The notes under the pieces were generated by a model that had not been told where the DNA came from, searched no databases, and worked only from the letters and a program-made list of their open reading frames with translations. Of a stretch of DNA of 64,000 nucleotides, positions 1 through 13,692 are shown piece by piece. Positions within the stretch are counted from its first letter, which is position 1, and the number at the start of each line of letters is the position of its first letter. The stretch lies in NCBI RefSeq assembly GCF_009914755.1, contig NC_060934.1; one strand, 5' to 3'. The translations under genes were made by a program, and so were the position numbers. The stretch is from the human T2T-CHM13v2.0 reference genome, Homo sapiens.

Positions 1-100
1 ACAAATATTATGTATCAATAAAAATATTCAAAATTAAGATACAATTTGCAGTAAGATTAGTATTCAAATGTATAGGTATTGGGTTCCTATACACTTCCTA

Positions 101-410
<310 letters not shown>

Positions 411-468
411 AGGGAATTACTTTGATTCCAAGGGTTTTTTTAGCAGCCAAGTCAAAGAGGGAAGCTAG

Positions 469-533
469 AGATGATGATAGTGGTGGTGGTGGTAGTGATG
501 ATGATGATGATGATGAAGATGATAATGATGATG
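469..533 (+). repeat. Compound (GGT)n/(GAT)n microsatellite
   Basis: Trinucleotide runs read directly. Confidence 0.85.
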
Positions 534-1268
534 GAGAGGAGACAGAGGGGGAAGAGAAGGAGGAGAATCCCGTAGGGCATCTGTGGTGGTCGTGTTAGCC
601 AGTTAGATTTACTATTTTTTTGAGACTTTGTTTTGGCATTCCTGCAGGAGACAAAAGAAAGGGAAGTTTCTCCTCAGACTTTCGGTAGCCTTGTGGTAAG
701 AAGGCAGCTGGGCCACCCAGACTTACATATTTGAGGCAATAAACAGTGATCAAAGCAGTATGATTTCAGGGGAACAAAACTCTTCCACTCCATATACCTC
801 CCTCTTTATTTCTCAATAAATGCACATTGGTTTCCTTTGTAAGAAGGCTACATTAAGATGCAATTTGACATCTGAAAAAGTTATACAATAAGCTATTTCC
901 CACCATAAAAACTCTAACTGAAATTGGTTCGTAAATTTTATTCCAATCATTTAACAAAACCTAAGAGGAGGAAATACAGGACTGGACTATTTTCAAAGGG
1001 AAAAGTGAACTAGAAAAGTCACAATGATTGTGAATGGGGTAAGGGATGCTTCTAGGAAGTTTAGGAGACTTTTGAGCACCAAATGAGAGCTTGAGGCTTC
1101 AGATGGCCTGGAGTGAGCTTATAAAGAGCTATTGAAAGTGAGATATGTAATAGCAAGAAATGAAAATGAACTTTGCACTAAATGATAAGTACTAAAGATA
1201 TGTTATAACAAAGCCAGTAATAGTGTTTAAAGTAAGAAGCGAGAGTTCCCCACCAATCAAACCCTCAT

Positions 1269-1271
<3 letters not shown>

Positions 1272-1299
<28 letters not shown>
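1272..1299 (+). repeat. (CA)n microsatellite
   Basis: Read directly. Confidence 0.95.
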
Positions 1300-1479
1300 T
1301 TGTATTTCATTGATTCTAGGACCCATGTTTTGCAGTTTAACATCTCTGAAACTGGAATGCGTTTGATAATCAATGGTGTGTCATGGTTAGTTGGCAGCAT
1401 TTTTTTTTCTTTACTAGTGATACATAAAGAAATGGTGCATATTAAAATCTATGGTGTCTTCAATTTGAAGTGTGTATGA
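1300..1479 (+). mobile_element. MER104-like Tc2 DNA transposon MITE
   Basis: Begins tgtatttcattgattctagg and contains ttaacatctctgaaa...ttggcagcattttt...tacataaa, resembling the remembered MER104 consensus. About 180 bp. Confidence 0.6.
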
Positions 1480-1962
1480 GAGAGAAGGGGGAAATACTGT
1501 CTTGTCATAGGAAATGTCTGGAAGTAAATTTTGATTACTTATACTATTTACCTTCCTAGTTTCTATTGTCTTCTCATTTATTCTTTTTCTTAATTTGAAA
1601 AAGGACCTTAGAGATGACTGAACTCAAAGTCTTCATTCTACTAAGGAGAAGATGGGCCTGAGGTGGTAGGTGACTGGTCCCCATCACAGGTGTTTGGGGT
1701 GTGGTGGGCCTGTGAGTATATTCAGAGCATATCTATATGTTCATTCTTTCCCAGAAATGATTTACAAATTACAGAGGGTTGGGAGCCCCAAGTGACAGGA
1801 TCTGTTTGGAACTAGAAGGACCAAGAGTGATGAGGACAGAGTACTGCCCTTTGAAATGTGCTCCTTGATAACACCAACCCCAGAAAGGGAGGATGAGGGA
1901 ACTGATCCTGGCCTGGGACAGCCAGTCAGTATTAGTGTGGTTTAGTTTTCCTGACTAGACGT

Positions 1963-2350
1963 CCTCCTTCCCTCTCTTTCCCTCCCCTCCCCTTCCCTTT
2001 CCTTCTCTTCCCTTCCCTCCCCTTCCCTTTTCTTCTCTTCCTTTCCCTCCCCTTCCTCACCTTCACTTCCCTTCCCTCTCTCACCTTCCTTTCCCTCCCT
2101 TTCTTCCTCCCCTCCTCATCCCCTCCCTTCCTCCCTCCCCTTGCCTTCCTTTCCCTCTCCTCCCTCCCCTTCTCTACCCTCTACTATTCTCTCCTCTCCT
2201 CCCCTCCCCTCCCCTCCCTTTCCCTTCCCTCACCGTCCCTCCCTACCTCTCCCCTCTCCTTCCCTCCTCTGCCTTCTTCTTCTCTTTCCTTTCCTTCCTT
2301 CCACACTTTCTTCCTTCCTTCCCTTCCTCCCTCCTTCTTTCCACCTTTCA
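1963..2350 (+). repeat. CT-rich polypyrimidine low-complexity tract (~390 bp)
   Basis: Almost pure C/T with CCTT/CCCTT units. Confidence 0.95.
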
Positions 2351-2504
2351 ACTTTAAATGTTTGTGAGGCATGATAAGAGAGTGAATTTAATTATCCTAT
2401 TGAGTGAGGAGGGTGCCCTGGCCTTCTTGGCAACAAAAAAGACACCTGTTGCCCTCTGTTCTCCCCCTACACATATGGAAATGAGTCAGAGCTGCATTAT
2501 TATT

Positions 2505-2876
2505 TGCTACGGTTTGAACTCCTCCTCCAAAGTTTATGTGTTGAAAACTTAATCCCCAAGGCAATAGTTTTGGGAGGCAGGGCCTAATAAGAAGTGATTA
2601 AGACGTAAGGGTTCTGCCTTCATGAATGGATTAATGTCGTTATCACAGGAGTGGCTTAGTTATTTGGAGGGTGGGTTTGTTATAAAAGTGAATTCTGCCT
2701 TCTCTCTTCCTCTTGCCTTCTGCCGTGGGATGGTATAGCAAGAAGGCCCTCGCCAGATGCTGGCATGTTGGTATTGGACTTCTCAGCCTCCAGAACTATG
2801 AGAAATAATTTTCTTTTCTTCATAAATTACATAGTCTGTGGTATTGTGTTATAGCAGCATTAAACAGACTAAGACA
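2505..2876 (+). mobile_element. MaLR solo LTR (MSTD/MLT1A-like)
   Basis: tgctacggtttgaa...acagactaagaca termini; near-TSD ttatt/gtatt. Confidence 0.82.
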
Positions 2877-5215
2877 GTATTTAAGTATAGAATTGGGTTC
2901 TAGAGGGCCTGGATGAGGCACAGTGGTTACACTTTTCCCTCCTGAAAGTCCAGAAATTGTCCTGCCTCATTTTTTTTGCTCCCTTCTAACCTCCCTTCTC
3001 TACAGTTTTCTTCTATTAAATGATAGCCTGATGATTGATCCTAAGGTCAGACTGAAATGCAGCTAAAAATGTCCTCGCAATCTCTTCTCCAGTGACTCTC
3101 TTTTTTGAATGTTAGAGGGGCCATTTTAGCTGTGTGACCTTGGGAATCTCAAAATACAGTTTGCTCATCACACATAGGCACATTGAGAAGATTAAATGTG
3201 GTAATTCATGCAAAGTCTTTCCATTTCTTACTGTCAGACAAAAAACAGATATAAAAAATGTCAGCTATTTTTATTATTTTCTTGGAGTAGCACCTCTTCC
3301 CCTTTAGCAAGCATTGAATTACAATTCTTTCACCTTGATAACAAAATTTATTCTTAGAAATACTTTAATATTAGTTAATTACTGGTATTTGTGTGAATTT
3401 ATGTTAACTGATATTCTCTCAATATTGTTTGCATTCCTCCATTTATTTTTGCAAAGTGTAAAGCCACTTCTCATATTGAAGGAAGTTTAATGAAGTCATT
3501 TTTTTGGGCAAATTGGTGGGGGGTAGGAAGGAGGGTCTTTTTATCCACTTTCTTTCCTACTTCCATCTTTATTTAAGGTTAATCCTATTGGCTACACAGG
3601 GATTTTTCCTGGTTCTAAGTGCTACTCTTGTGATAATCCCAGTCTTGTACACACTGATTCTACCCCTTGTTTTTCCAAAGTCTGCTCCCATTTAACTTCT
3701 CTGTTCCATTCTTGGCCTTTTTCTATTATCACCTTCTTCCTTTCCCTGGTGATAACACCCTAGCCAAGCTGCCACTCAGCTATTTCCACAGCAGACAACT
3801 CTCTCACATGCCTCAAATCCTCTTTAGTTCTCCATCCATTCAACTCTGCACATGAAAGTACACTCTTCCTTCTACTTGTGAATTCAAAAATGACTTTCAT
3901 CATACAGGAGACTGTGGCAAGACAACAGTATCCAGGAGAAGGAAGCCGTAGAGTTTTTTGTATTTTTATTGCTTTTATTCTGATTATAAAAGTAATACAT
4001 ACTATCTTAAAAAGTTTGAACAGTATAAAAATATACAAATGAGAAAGAGAGTCAGTCTCATGCAATCTCACTTGCAAGAGGCAACCACTAATAATAGTTT
4101 GGGACACATTGGCCCAAACTTTTATTTCCTAATGGTGTTAAATGTTGAGGTATAATTAGGCATAACGGAGAAGAGTTGGTTTCCCGAAACTCTTAAAAAG
4201 TCTTTGAAAATAACCAGATCTGCTTCTAGGAATCAGCATAATACTTCCAATAAAATGTGTTCTTCCTCAAGCCAAACATTCACAATACATGAAACGAGTT
4301 CTTAATTCAATGCACTGTTTTGTTTAATAGCTACCATTGCTACAGTATTGTATCACACTATTTTCTTAATAAATAATGTGGGCTTCAGATTCTTGATAAG
4401 TCAAGCAGGTATTTGTGGCCTAATCTTGAAATTCAACTACCATTAAAAACATTATTTCTGTAAGGAAATACATACTGACAAAGTCCAGCAACGGAACTTG
4501 GAAACAGCCAATACTTACTTTCAAGTGAATGCAGCTTTCATGTAGATTTAGAGCAGATTTCACTTTCTTAGGCGGTAAAGAAAACCTGGTTGAGGACCCA
4601 GCGCTACCTCAGTTGGTTAAAACTTTCAGTAAATCATTGAACTTCATTTGGTTGCCTGGAGCTTCCTATGTAATATTATAGCAGATATCATCTCTATGCA
4701 TGAACATTACATTGTAGCTAAAAATGAACACAAAAAATAATGACTTGAGAATGGAAAATGGGTCTATTGTTTTTAAAAATCCACTCAAGTTATTAAAACA
4801 AAAAGTTGATTTTAGGGCTAAAACTGGCAAAAGGAGGCACATTAAGTATAGCTGAGTTGAAAAGGCAGTGAAACTGAAAAACTGGGACCTGAGACTGTTC
4901 CACCTTGTGGTTCTTTCAAAGAACCACACAGCCTGCATCTGCATTCTCTGCATGTTGACTATCCCTGGGGTTCATAACTTTGACTGACACATGATGATTT
5001 TGGCCAGGAGCTTTACACTGATCCTGACTTTAATGTCTCTGATATTCAGCTTCCCCAGCAAATTGAGCCAGAATTTCAAATTCTCAGGATGAAAAAAATC
5101 TGATTGGCCCAGATGGTGTCAAATATCTACCTGTTGTCCAATCAACTGTGATTAGGGATGCAGAAGAGACTGTAGGTGGGAGTAGATTCTCCTAGAAAAA
5201 GCAGTGGCAGTAATG

Positions 5216-5648
<433 letters not shown>

Positions 5649-6689
5649 TTAATTCAATTCAACAAAACTCAAATCTCTTCAATTCTAAGACATACTTTTT
5701 CATAATTTAATGTGTCTGATATCTAGTTCTGCCTCATAATCAATGTGTTCATTTAATGATTTAATGTGGTAGTATTTCTTCTTCCCTCCTTCCCCTACAG
5801 CCAAAAACTATTATTAAACTGGTGAGGTTTTAAGACAGAGGAAATATGGTATGTATTATCAACAGGCATCAATTGCTTTCCATGGAGGATATAATTAAGG
5901 AGCCACTAGATATGGGGGTTGGTTGAAAGACAGGGAAATGTTCCAACATCTTTTTCCTACCACCCCTTAAATCGTGAACCAAAAGAAAAAGGAGGCTACA
6001 TTCCTCTTCGCTTTAAAAGATGAAGTCCATTAAAGATTGTAAGGTGGTCTCAGGATTTATAGCCCTGAGAAGCAAATATTTATTTTATAGAATAATAACT
6101 ATCAGTGCTGACTGAGCAGGAAGTCAACACCAGAGCATGTGTGGGCACAAAATGTAGCTTCATATGCAACCAAATTCCAGGCAATTGCCTCGTCTAATTC
6201 ACTCAGAATTTTTTAAAAAGAATGCTTCCTTTGAAACTGAAGTTCTTTCTACTTGGTTTCAGCCCAAAGGTGAGCATTTTTTTGAGAAGGTTAAATCTTT
6301 TCAGATGTTTTTGAGGTGCACAAAGAGGAAAAACTAAACCATTCTCTATTATGCATACTTCTAGCTTCACATTACCCAAATGGATTTGAGCTTTACTATT
6401 TTTATTCAATTTTGAGAGTCCAATGATCTGCGCAGAAAACTAGCTGATGGAAAAAAATTCATGTCAAATTAGTTCTGAAAATAGCTACTTTTATACTTGC
6501 TTAGAAGAGTAAACTTTTCAAACTATGTGAGAGGTACACTTAAGATAAGGCCTATATATAGAAACCCATCAGTTGGAAAACTGGCAGATAGAGTCTGTTA
6601 AAGTTCCAGAGAAAACTTGAATCAAGTTTAAGGAAATAGTTAACCTTTAAAGTATCAGTGGATTGGAAAAATAGAACATTTAAACTAGT

Positions 6690-6915
6690 AATTGAGGCTG
6701 CATAATGTATTGGTTGAGCTTTGACACTTGTATCAAGGACCAGTATGTCCTTGGTTATGTTGCTTCCCCTTTCTGTGTCTCAGATTTTATTTATAAGGTG
6801 GTCATGATAGAAGAACCTGCTTCCAAAGTCGGGGTGAGCATCAACTCAGGAATACAAATAAGACACTTAGAACCATGAATGGCACACTGTAAGCTATCAA
6901 TGAATGTTTTCCACT
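6690..6915 (+). mobile_element. MIR SINE, degenerate
   Basis: Core-like tctgtgtctcagatttt and 3' ggcacactgtaagctatcaatgaatg. Confidence 0.5.
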
Positions 6916-7883
6916 AATTACATTGAAAACCACCTTTCAATAAAGACAAATATCATTTAATTTAGAAATAAACATTGCCATTTTAATGATCACTCCATTT
7001 TTAAACTCATTATTTTCAAACACAGTGGAACTGGTTTTCTTATTTTAGTGATTTCAAGTAATACATCAAGTCTTTCTTTGCAGCTGTTGCACATTCTCCC
7101 TGTCAAATTGGACAGACTGGACCATTTGGAAATGGGATAGTTTCTGAGTATGAGCTATTCAAAATGCGTAGTAAAAATTCCATGCTACTTATTAGATCAC
7201 ACATTTGGAGATATTCTCCTGACACTTGCAATGACTAAATAAAAGATGACTCATGTAAAAACTGTAGACTCTGTTGGCTCCAAGCAGCCCCAACTGGGCC
7301 CATCCATACCCCACCACCCCCACTGTTAGCCTTGCCTAAGAACCATAAAACATGGGTATCCTTGATGCTACAAGCAATTTTAAATAGCTTTATACATTTA
7401 TTTTGTATGATGCTAATAATACATTCTGGGGTTTTCATTTTAAGACTGACTAGGCCATAGCTCCATGCTTATCATAAGTGACAATTTTGCAAAGTGCCTT
7501 GAAACATGGTAAACATTCAATTTGTTCAGTGTCTTAATAAAAATGAAGGGCAAATTTATACTATGAACAAATATTGATTTCCATATTATATGTGTTCCTA
7601 AAAATCATACTGTAGACTAATTTTTTATAAATAAAATATGTGTTATATTGGCTTTTCATATACTTACATTAGTATTTCTGATACTCTTCTACTTGTCTAC
7701 AGACATTTAACACTTAAGGTTTAGGTGTTTCTTCCATCTTCCTATTTCACCACCTGCCAATACCTACTTCCTCCTCCAAGTCTCTGTCAAGTAGTTTATG
7801 ATATGGAGACATCCCTTTTGAATTACAATAATCAGCCCTTACTCACAATTTACCCTTTGCAATTTTTTTAATTGAGAAAAAAA

Positions 7884-8137
7884 TTTTTTTGAGACAGAGT
7901 CTCACTGTGTCACGCAGGCTGGAGTGCAGTGGTGCCATCTTAGCTCACTGCAACCTCCCACCTCCCACGCTCAAGTGATCCTCCCACTTCAGTCTCCCAT
8001 GAAACTGGGACCACAGATGTGCACCACCACACCCAGATAATTTTTTATTTTTTTTGTAGAGACGGAATTTCACCGTGTTACCCAGGCTGGTCTTTATCTG
8101 CTTGCTTTGGCCTCCCAAAGTCCTAGAATTACAGGGG
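7884..8137 (-). mobile_element. AluJ, internally deleted
   Basis: T-run followed by gagacagagtctcactgtgtc...ctcaagtgatcctcccac...ggcctcccaaag. Confidence 0.88.
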
Positions 8138-9554
8138 CCTCTTGCACATTTTAATTTCCATGTGACAGATTGTCTTTAAGTAGGAATGTACTTATAAATA
8201 CATTTATTTCAACACCAAAATATAAATAGAAAAATAGAAAATAAATTTTAAAGATAAGTAATATCCCAAATGTTATAACCCCAGACTTAGTGATTTGCAA
8301 CAATATCAATCCTAAGAGAAAAATTTGGGTTAAATCTCTTAAACGTAACAAGAAACCTTGTTATATTTATGACACAAAAACCAAGGTATCCATTTTCCCT
8401 TAGCACAAATAATGTGTTGGCTAGCTAAGAAGGGATGTAATTATGTGGTATACAATAAAGGGTTCCATTGATGCCAAAAACAGAAAAATGAGTGAACCCG
8501 ACCAGAAATCATGTATTGGGTAAACAGCTTCCCAGACAAATGAATTTAGCTGATTTTTAAAAAAGCGTTTTGTTTTGTTTTAAATTTTCAGTTTTATGAT
8601 CTTTATGGATAGATCTGAACTCTATATACATATATTTTTAATTGAAGTACATGGTTCAATATTACATATTTAATTCCATGAAATAATGTAGTTGCATGCT
8701 TGACGGAATAAATAGACGTACTTTGGGATACTACTTTCAGGACTTTACCAAGCAACTTAAAGCTAACCTTCATACTTTTTGTAAATAGGTGTTAGGGGCT
8801 GGTTGGATGACTCGTCATGAATTATGTAATTGATATCTTTAGTTTTCTTTTTTTAACTTCTCAGGAAGGAGAAAAATGTAATTTTCTTTGGTAGGAAGAT
8901 GCATAATAGTTATAATTTTTAAAAATGTCTGTCTGATCATTTGGGATTATATATATGTGTGTGTGTGTGTGTGCTTAAAATTTTAAATTTAAGATAATTT
9001 ACATTTTCTTAAAAGATAAAATAGAAAATACAGAGAAGCCAAAATTGTTTTAAATTTATAATCTAATCCACTCAGAGATAATCACTGTTAATTTTAATAC
9101 ATATACATCCAACCTCTTGCTTCCTCACATTTTTGCAATCAAGATTTTTAAAAACGGCATGTATTTATGACATAATAACATAAATATATTTCTGATAGCT
9201 GCTTCTCCAACCTACCAGTATATGGTATGGATATTTTCCCACATCACTTTATGGAAGCTTTGCCATTTCCTTTTATGGTAGGACCCAGTGAGTCACAGAA
9301 AATTGGCAGCTTTGGAGGCATCCAATTATTGTACTCCTGACGTAGACATTAGAATTGAGATGTTTTCAAAGCAGTTTTGTAAGAAGTGGATATGGATAAA
9401 TGGGAGCTGGAATAGTACATTGTGCTTATAGACTAATAATGAATTGTTCTTATAGACTAATGTATGAGAAGATATAATTTTGTCTTTCAAAGGACCTTTT
9501 GAGATGGTACTAAATTCTTGCTTTAGCAGGTGAGGATGTGTTCGGTTAAATATA

Positions 9555-10380
9555 AATGTGAATTTCCTGTAGATAGTATGTAGTTTGGGTCTTATTTTTT
9601 AAATTCATTCAGCCACTGTACGTCTCTTGATTGGAGAGATTAATTCATTTACCTTTAAAGTAATTATGAATAGGGAAAAATTTACTATTGCCATTTTGTT
9701 GTTTTCTGTTAGTCTTGTAGTTCTTCTGTTAGTCTTTTCCTCTCTTTGTGTCTTTCTTTGAGTTTTCTAGATTTGCTTCCTTTTGTGCGATTTCTATAGG
9801 TATTCTTTGTATGTGGTTATCTTGGAGTCTATATAAAATACAGTCACAACAGTCTATGTTAAACTGATAACAACTTAAATTCAATTATAAACAAAAACTA
9901 ACTTCTCTGCCCCCTACACATTTTACAACATAACATTATTGTTGTTACAGGTTTTATTTATTCATATTATGTACCTTTTAATGCATTTTTATTGTCATTT
10001 TTAATACTTTTGTCTTTTAACTTTTATACTAAAATTAAAAGTCACTTACCTACCACCATTATAGTATTATAATATTCCGTATTTATGTATTTATCTTTAT
10101 CAAAGAATTTCATATTTTCTTACTATTGTGTTGCTGTTCAGCATTTTTTCATTTCAACTTGAAGAACTTTTAGCGTTTCTCATAAAGCAGCTCTAGTGGT
10201 AATTAACTCCCTCAGTTCTTGTTTTTCTGGGAAAGTCTTTATTTTTCCTTCCTTTTTGAAGGTCTGGTTTGCCAAGCATAGCACTCTTGGCAGTTTTTTC
10301 TCTCATTATTTTGAATATTAATATCTCATTGCCTTCTGGCTGGCAAGTTCTGTGCTAAAAAATCACTGATAATCTTATAG
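9555..10380 (-). mobile_element. Old L1M fragment (ORF1 end, inter-ORF, ORF2 start)
   Basis: Reverse-strand attcattcagccactg...ttgattggagag...tttaaagtaatta typical of the L1 endonuclease start. Confidence 0.75.
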
Positions 10381-11847
10381 CCAATTCAATTTTCAGAAAG
10401 AAAAACAAAGCTGAACATGTTGCCCTTCCTGATTTCAAAGTACATTACAAAGCTACGGTAATGAAAACGCTATGGTACTAGCATAAAGACAGATATATAG
10501 ACCAATGGAATGGAAGAGAGAGCCCAGAAATAAATCTATGCATATATGATCACCTAATCTTCAGTAAGGGTGCCAAGAGTACATAATGGGGAAAAGATAA
10601 TTTATTCAATGTTGGGGAAACAGAATATCCACATGCAAAAGAAAAGAAGAAAATTATACTCTATTATATCATACTCGAAAATAAATTTAATATACCTAAA
10701 GACTTAAATATTAGACTTGAAGCTGTAAGATTCCTAGCACATGAGGAAAGCCTCATGGCATTGGCCTTGGCAATTATTTTTTGGGTAGGACAAAATACCC
10801 AAAAGCACAGGACAGGCAACAAAAGCAAAAATAAACAGTGGTACTACATCAAACTAAAATGCTTCTGGACAGTAAAGGGAACAATCAATACAGTGAAAAG
10901 ACAAACTATAGAATGGGAGAAAATATTTACATAACAAATATCTGATAAGGGGTTACTCTAAAAAAAATAAGGAACTCCTATAAGTTAATAGCAAAAAAAT
11001 CTAATTACCCGATTAAAAAATAGACTAAGGACTTGAATAGACATTTCTCCAAAGAAGACATGCAAATAGCTAACAGTTATATGGAAAAATGCTCACTGTC
11101 ACTAATCATTAGAGGAATTCACATCAAAACCAGAATGAGATATCGCTTTACACCAGTCAGGATGGCTATTACATATATAAAAAAGACAACTAATGTTTGT
11201 GAGGATGTGGAGAAATTAAAACCCTTGTATGCTGTTTGTGGGTATGCAAATGGTACAGTTGCTATGGAAAACAGTGTGGAAATTCTTCAAAAAAGTAAAA
11301 ATGGAGCTAGCATATGATCCAGCAATCCCACTTCTGAATAGTCATCCAAAATAATTAAAATTGGGATCTTGAAGAGATATTAGCACTCCCATGTTGATTT
11401 CAGGACTATTTATAATAGATGTGGAAGCAACCTAAATATTCATTGTCAGATAAATGTTTAAAGAAAATATGGTATATAGATAGAATAAAGTATGATTCAG
11501 ACAAAGTAATAAAGGAAATTCTACAATATATGACTACGTGGATGAACCCAGGGGACATTAAGCTAAGTCACAGAATAAGTCACAGAATAAGTCACAGAAA
11601 TATAATTACTGCATGTTTCTACTTATGTGAGGTACATAAAATAGTCAAATTTGTAGAATCAGAGTGGGATGGTGGTTGCCAGGGGCTGGCAGGAGGGGGA
11701 AATGGGAAGTTACTAATCAATGGGCATCAGGTTTCAGTTAAGTCAAGATGAATAAGTTCTAGAGATCTGCTGTACAACTTTGTACCCATCAATGACAATA
11801 CTGTATTGTCACGAGAAATTTTGTTAAGGTGGTAGATCTCATGTTAT
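10381..11847 (+). mobile_element. L1MA(8-10)-like 3' end (ORF2 C-terminus and 3'UTR)
   Basis: ORF remnants [10 protein letters not shown] and MWKQPK; 3'UTR aagatgaataagttctagagatctgctgtacaac. Confidence 0.85.
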
Positions 11848-13692
11848 CACACACACACACAGTATTTTTTTTTTTACAGATAAAACCCCTCAATTCTCCC
11901 AACTATAAATATGGTCCCCATTTGCTATTATAGTTTGCTAAAGCTGGACCAGCATTCTTCTATCCCTATGTATGATTTATACATTGACAAATCAAACAAG
12001 GCACCAGGGTCCAGTTATGAGAACAAAAACCACACTAGTTATTTTTAAAAGAAAGAATTTAATAAATGAAATTGATCAAACAGTATGACAAAAAGGGAAC
12101 ATTATGGTAATACATATAGATACATTCAGAGAGCAATTATGCCACCCATGATTGGGGGAACAAAGGAAAGAGGTAGATTATTAAAACCTGCAAGCTTGGG
12201 GGGGTCCTGTGAAGCTGGGAATAAAACCTCCCAGCGGTGGTGGTACCATCTTCTGAGGGCATGTGATGAGGCTGGTTCTGGCAGTGATGGAATAAGTGGG
12301 AAACCAGAAGTAGACTTTGTCACTGGGTTGAAAGGACATTGCTGGGCAGCAATGACAAGAATGGGAAGCACAAGGAAAAGAGCAAGTCCCTTCTTCCTCC
12401 TCTAATCTTCCTGTCTCTCTCTATTGAATCAATTTATAGAACCTAACAGAAGCTGCTCTCACAAAAGAGAAATGGCATTTGCAAAGCCCCAGTCCCAGTA
12501 TCATAGTCCCAGTATATAAAAGGGTGGCTTGTAGCTGAGAGTCAAGAGCTTAATCCAGCACTAGTCTGCTTGGATATAAATGCAATTCCCATTTTGTACT
12601 CACAGGATGCTAAGAGAGACCTGGACATTTTTGTTTCTCTGGTTATAAGTTATTCAAAACCACAAGCAAAGAAGCCTATGAAAAAGACAAGTTGTCTAAG
12701 TAAGCATAAGTTTATGATATGCTATGTAAATGGAACATCAAAGCCTGGACAACAGCACATTCGTTTACAGCGTGGTTTTAAGCTCACTGTTGAGATCTGC
12801 TGCTCAAAATAAAAGATTCCTTTCCAAATGGTAACTGAATTATCCACTGATCTATACTTAATAAGTAAATTCAGGTGATTTGTCATAGACAAAGAGAAGT
12901 TATTTCCAAAGTTATTTTAAAAATCTTTTTGAAAAATAACTTAAAATTGAAGGACTTAATATGTAAATCCAATATTTCTAAAGCAATTGGGAAAAGGTCA
13001 CATTATTTGATTTAATAATTTGAACACTTACTCTAACTCTGCATTCCACTGGACATATTTAGAACCAGCAGTAAGATGATAGTAAATGGCTGCAAAATGT
13101 GAACAGGCACCATACAACGAGGCCTATTTCTCTTTTTCTGCTTCTGTTATTTGATTCCTTTCTTGAAGTGCCTCTCCTTTTAAAGACTGTCAAAATAATG
13201 ATATTAAAACCCTGAAAAAAATAATATGGTTTTGAAAAAATAAGAGAAAAGAAAAAATAAGATAAAAATTCTATTGGTTACAGGCATACTTTGTTTTATT
13301 GTTCTTTATTTTTTGCACATCAAAGATAACACATTTTTTAAAAATTGAAGATTTGTGGCAACCCTGTGCTGAGCTAGTCTATCGGCACCATTTTTCCCCC
13401 AGCATGTGCTCACTTCTTGTCTCTGTGTCACGTTTTGGGAAATCTCATAATATTTCATTATTGTTACATCTGTTGTGATGATCTGTGATCAGTAATGTTT
13501 GATGTGACTATCGTGATTGTTATGGAGCACCACAAACTGCAGCCATATAAGACAGAGAGCTTAATCAGTGAATGTTGTGTGTGTGTTTTCACTGCTCTGC
13601 TTACTGATTGTTCCTTTTCTCTCCCTCTCCTTGGGTGTCCCTGTTCCCTGCAATACAACAATATTGAAATTAGGCTAATTAGTAACCCCTCA

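Noticed and set aside
2141-2374. Pro/Ser-rich and Glu/Gly/Arg-rich ORFs
   Set aside because: Translations of the CT-rich simple repeat.
9426-9461. Short direct repeats (cttatagactaat x2; similar ones near 22952, 29279 and 51870) considered as TSDs or array-like repeats
   Set aside because: Only two copies each, with no poly(A) or recognisable insert. Most simply local slippage duplications; not CRISPR-like.
11995-12560. Possible very old LTR fragment, overlapping a 106-aa ORF
   Set aside because: Too degenerate to assign a family or boundaries from memory. The ORF has no recognisable homology.
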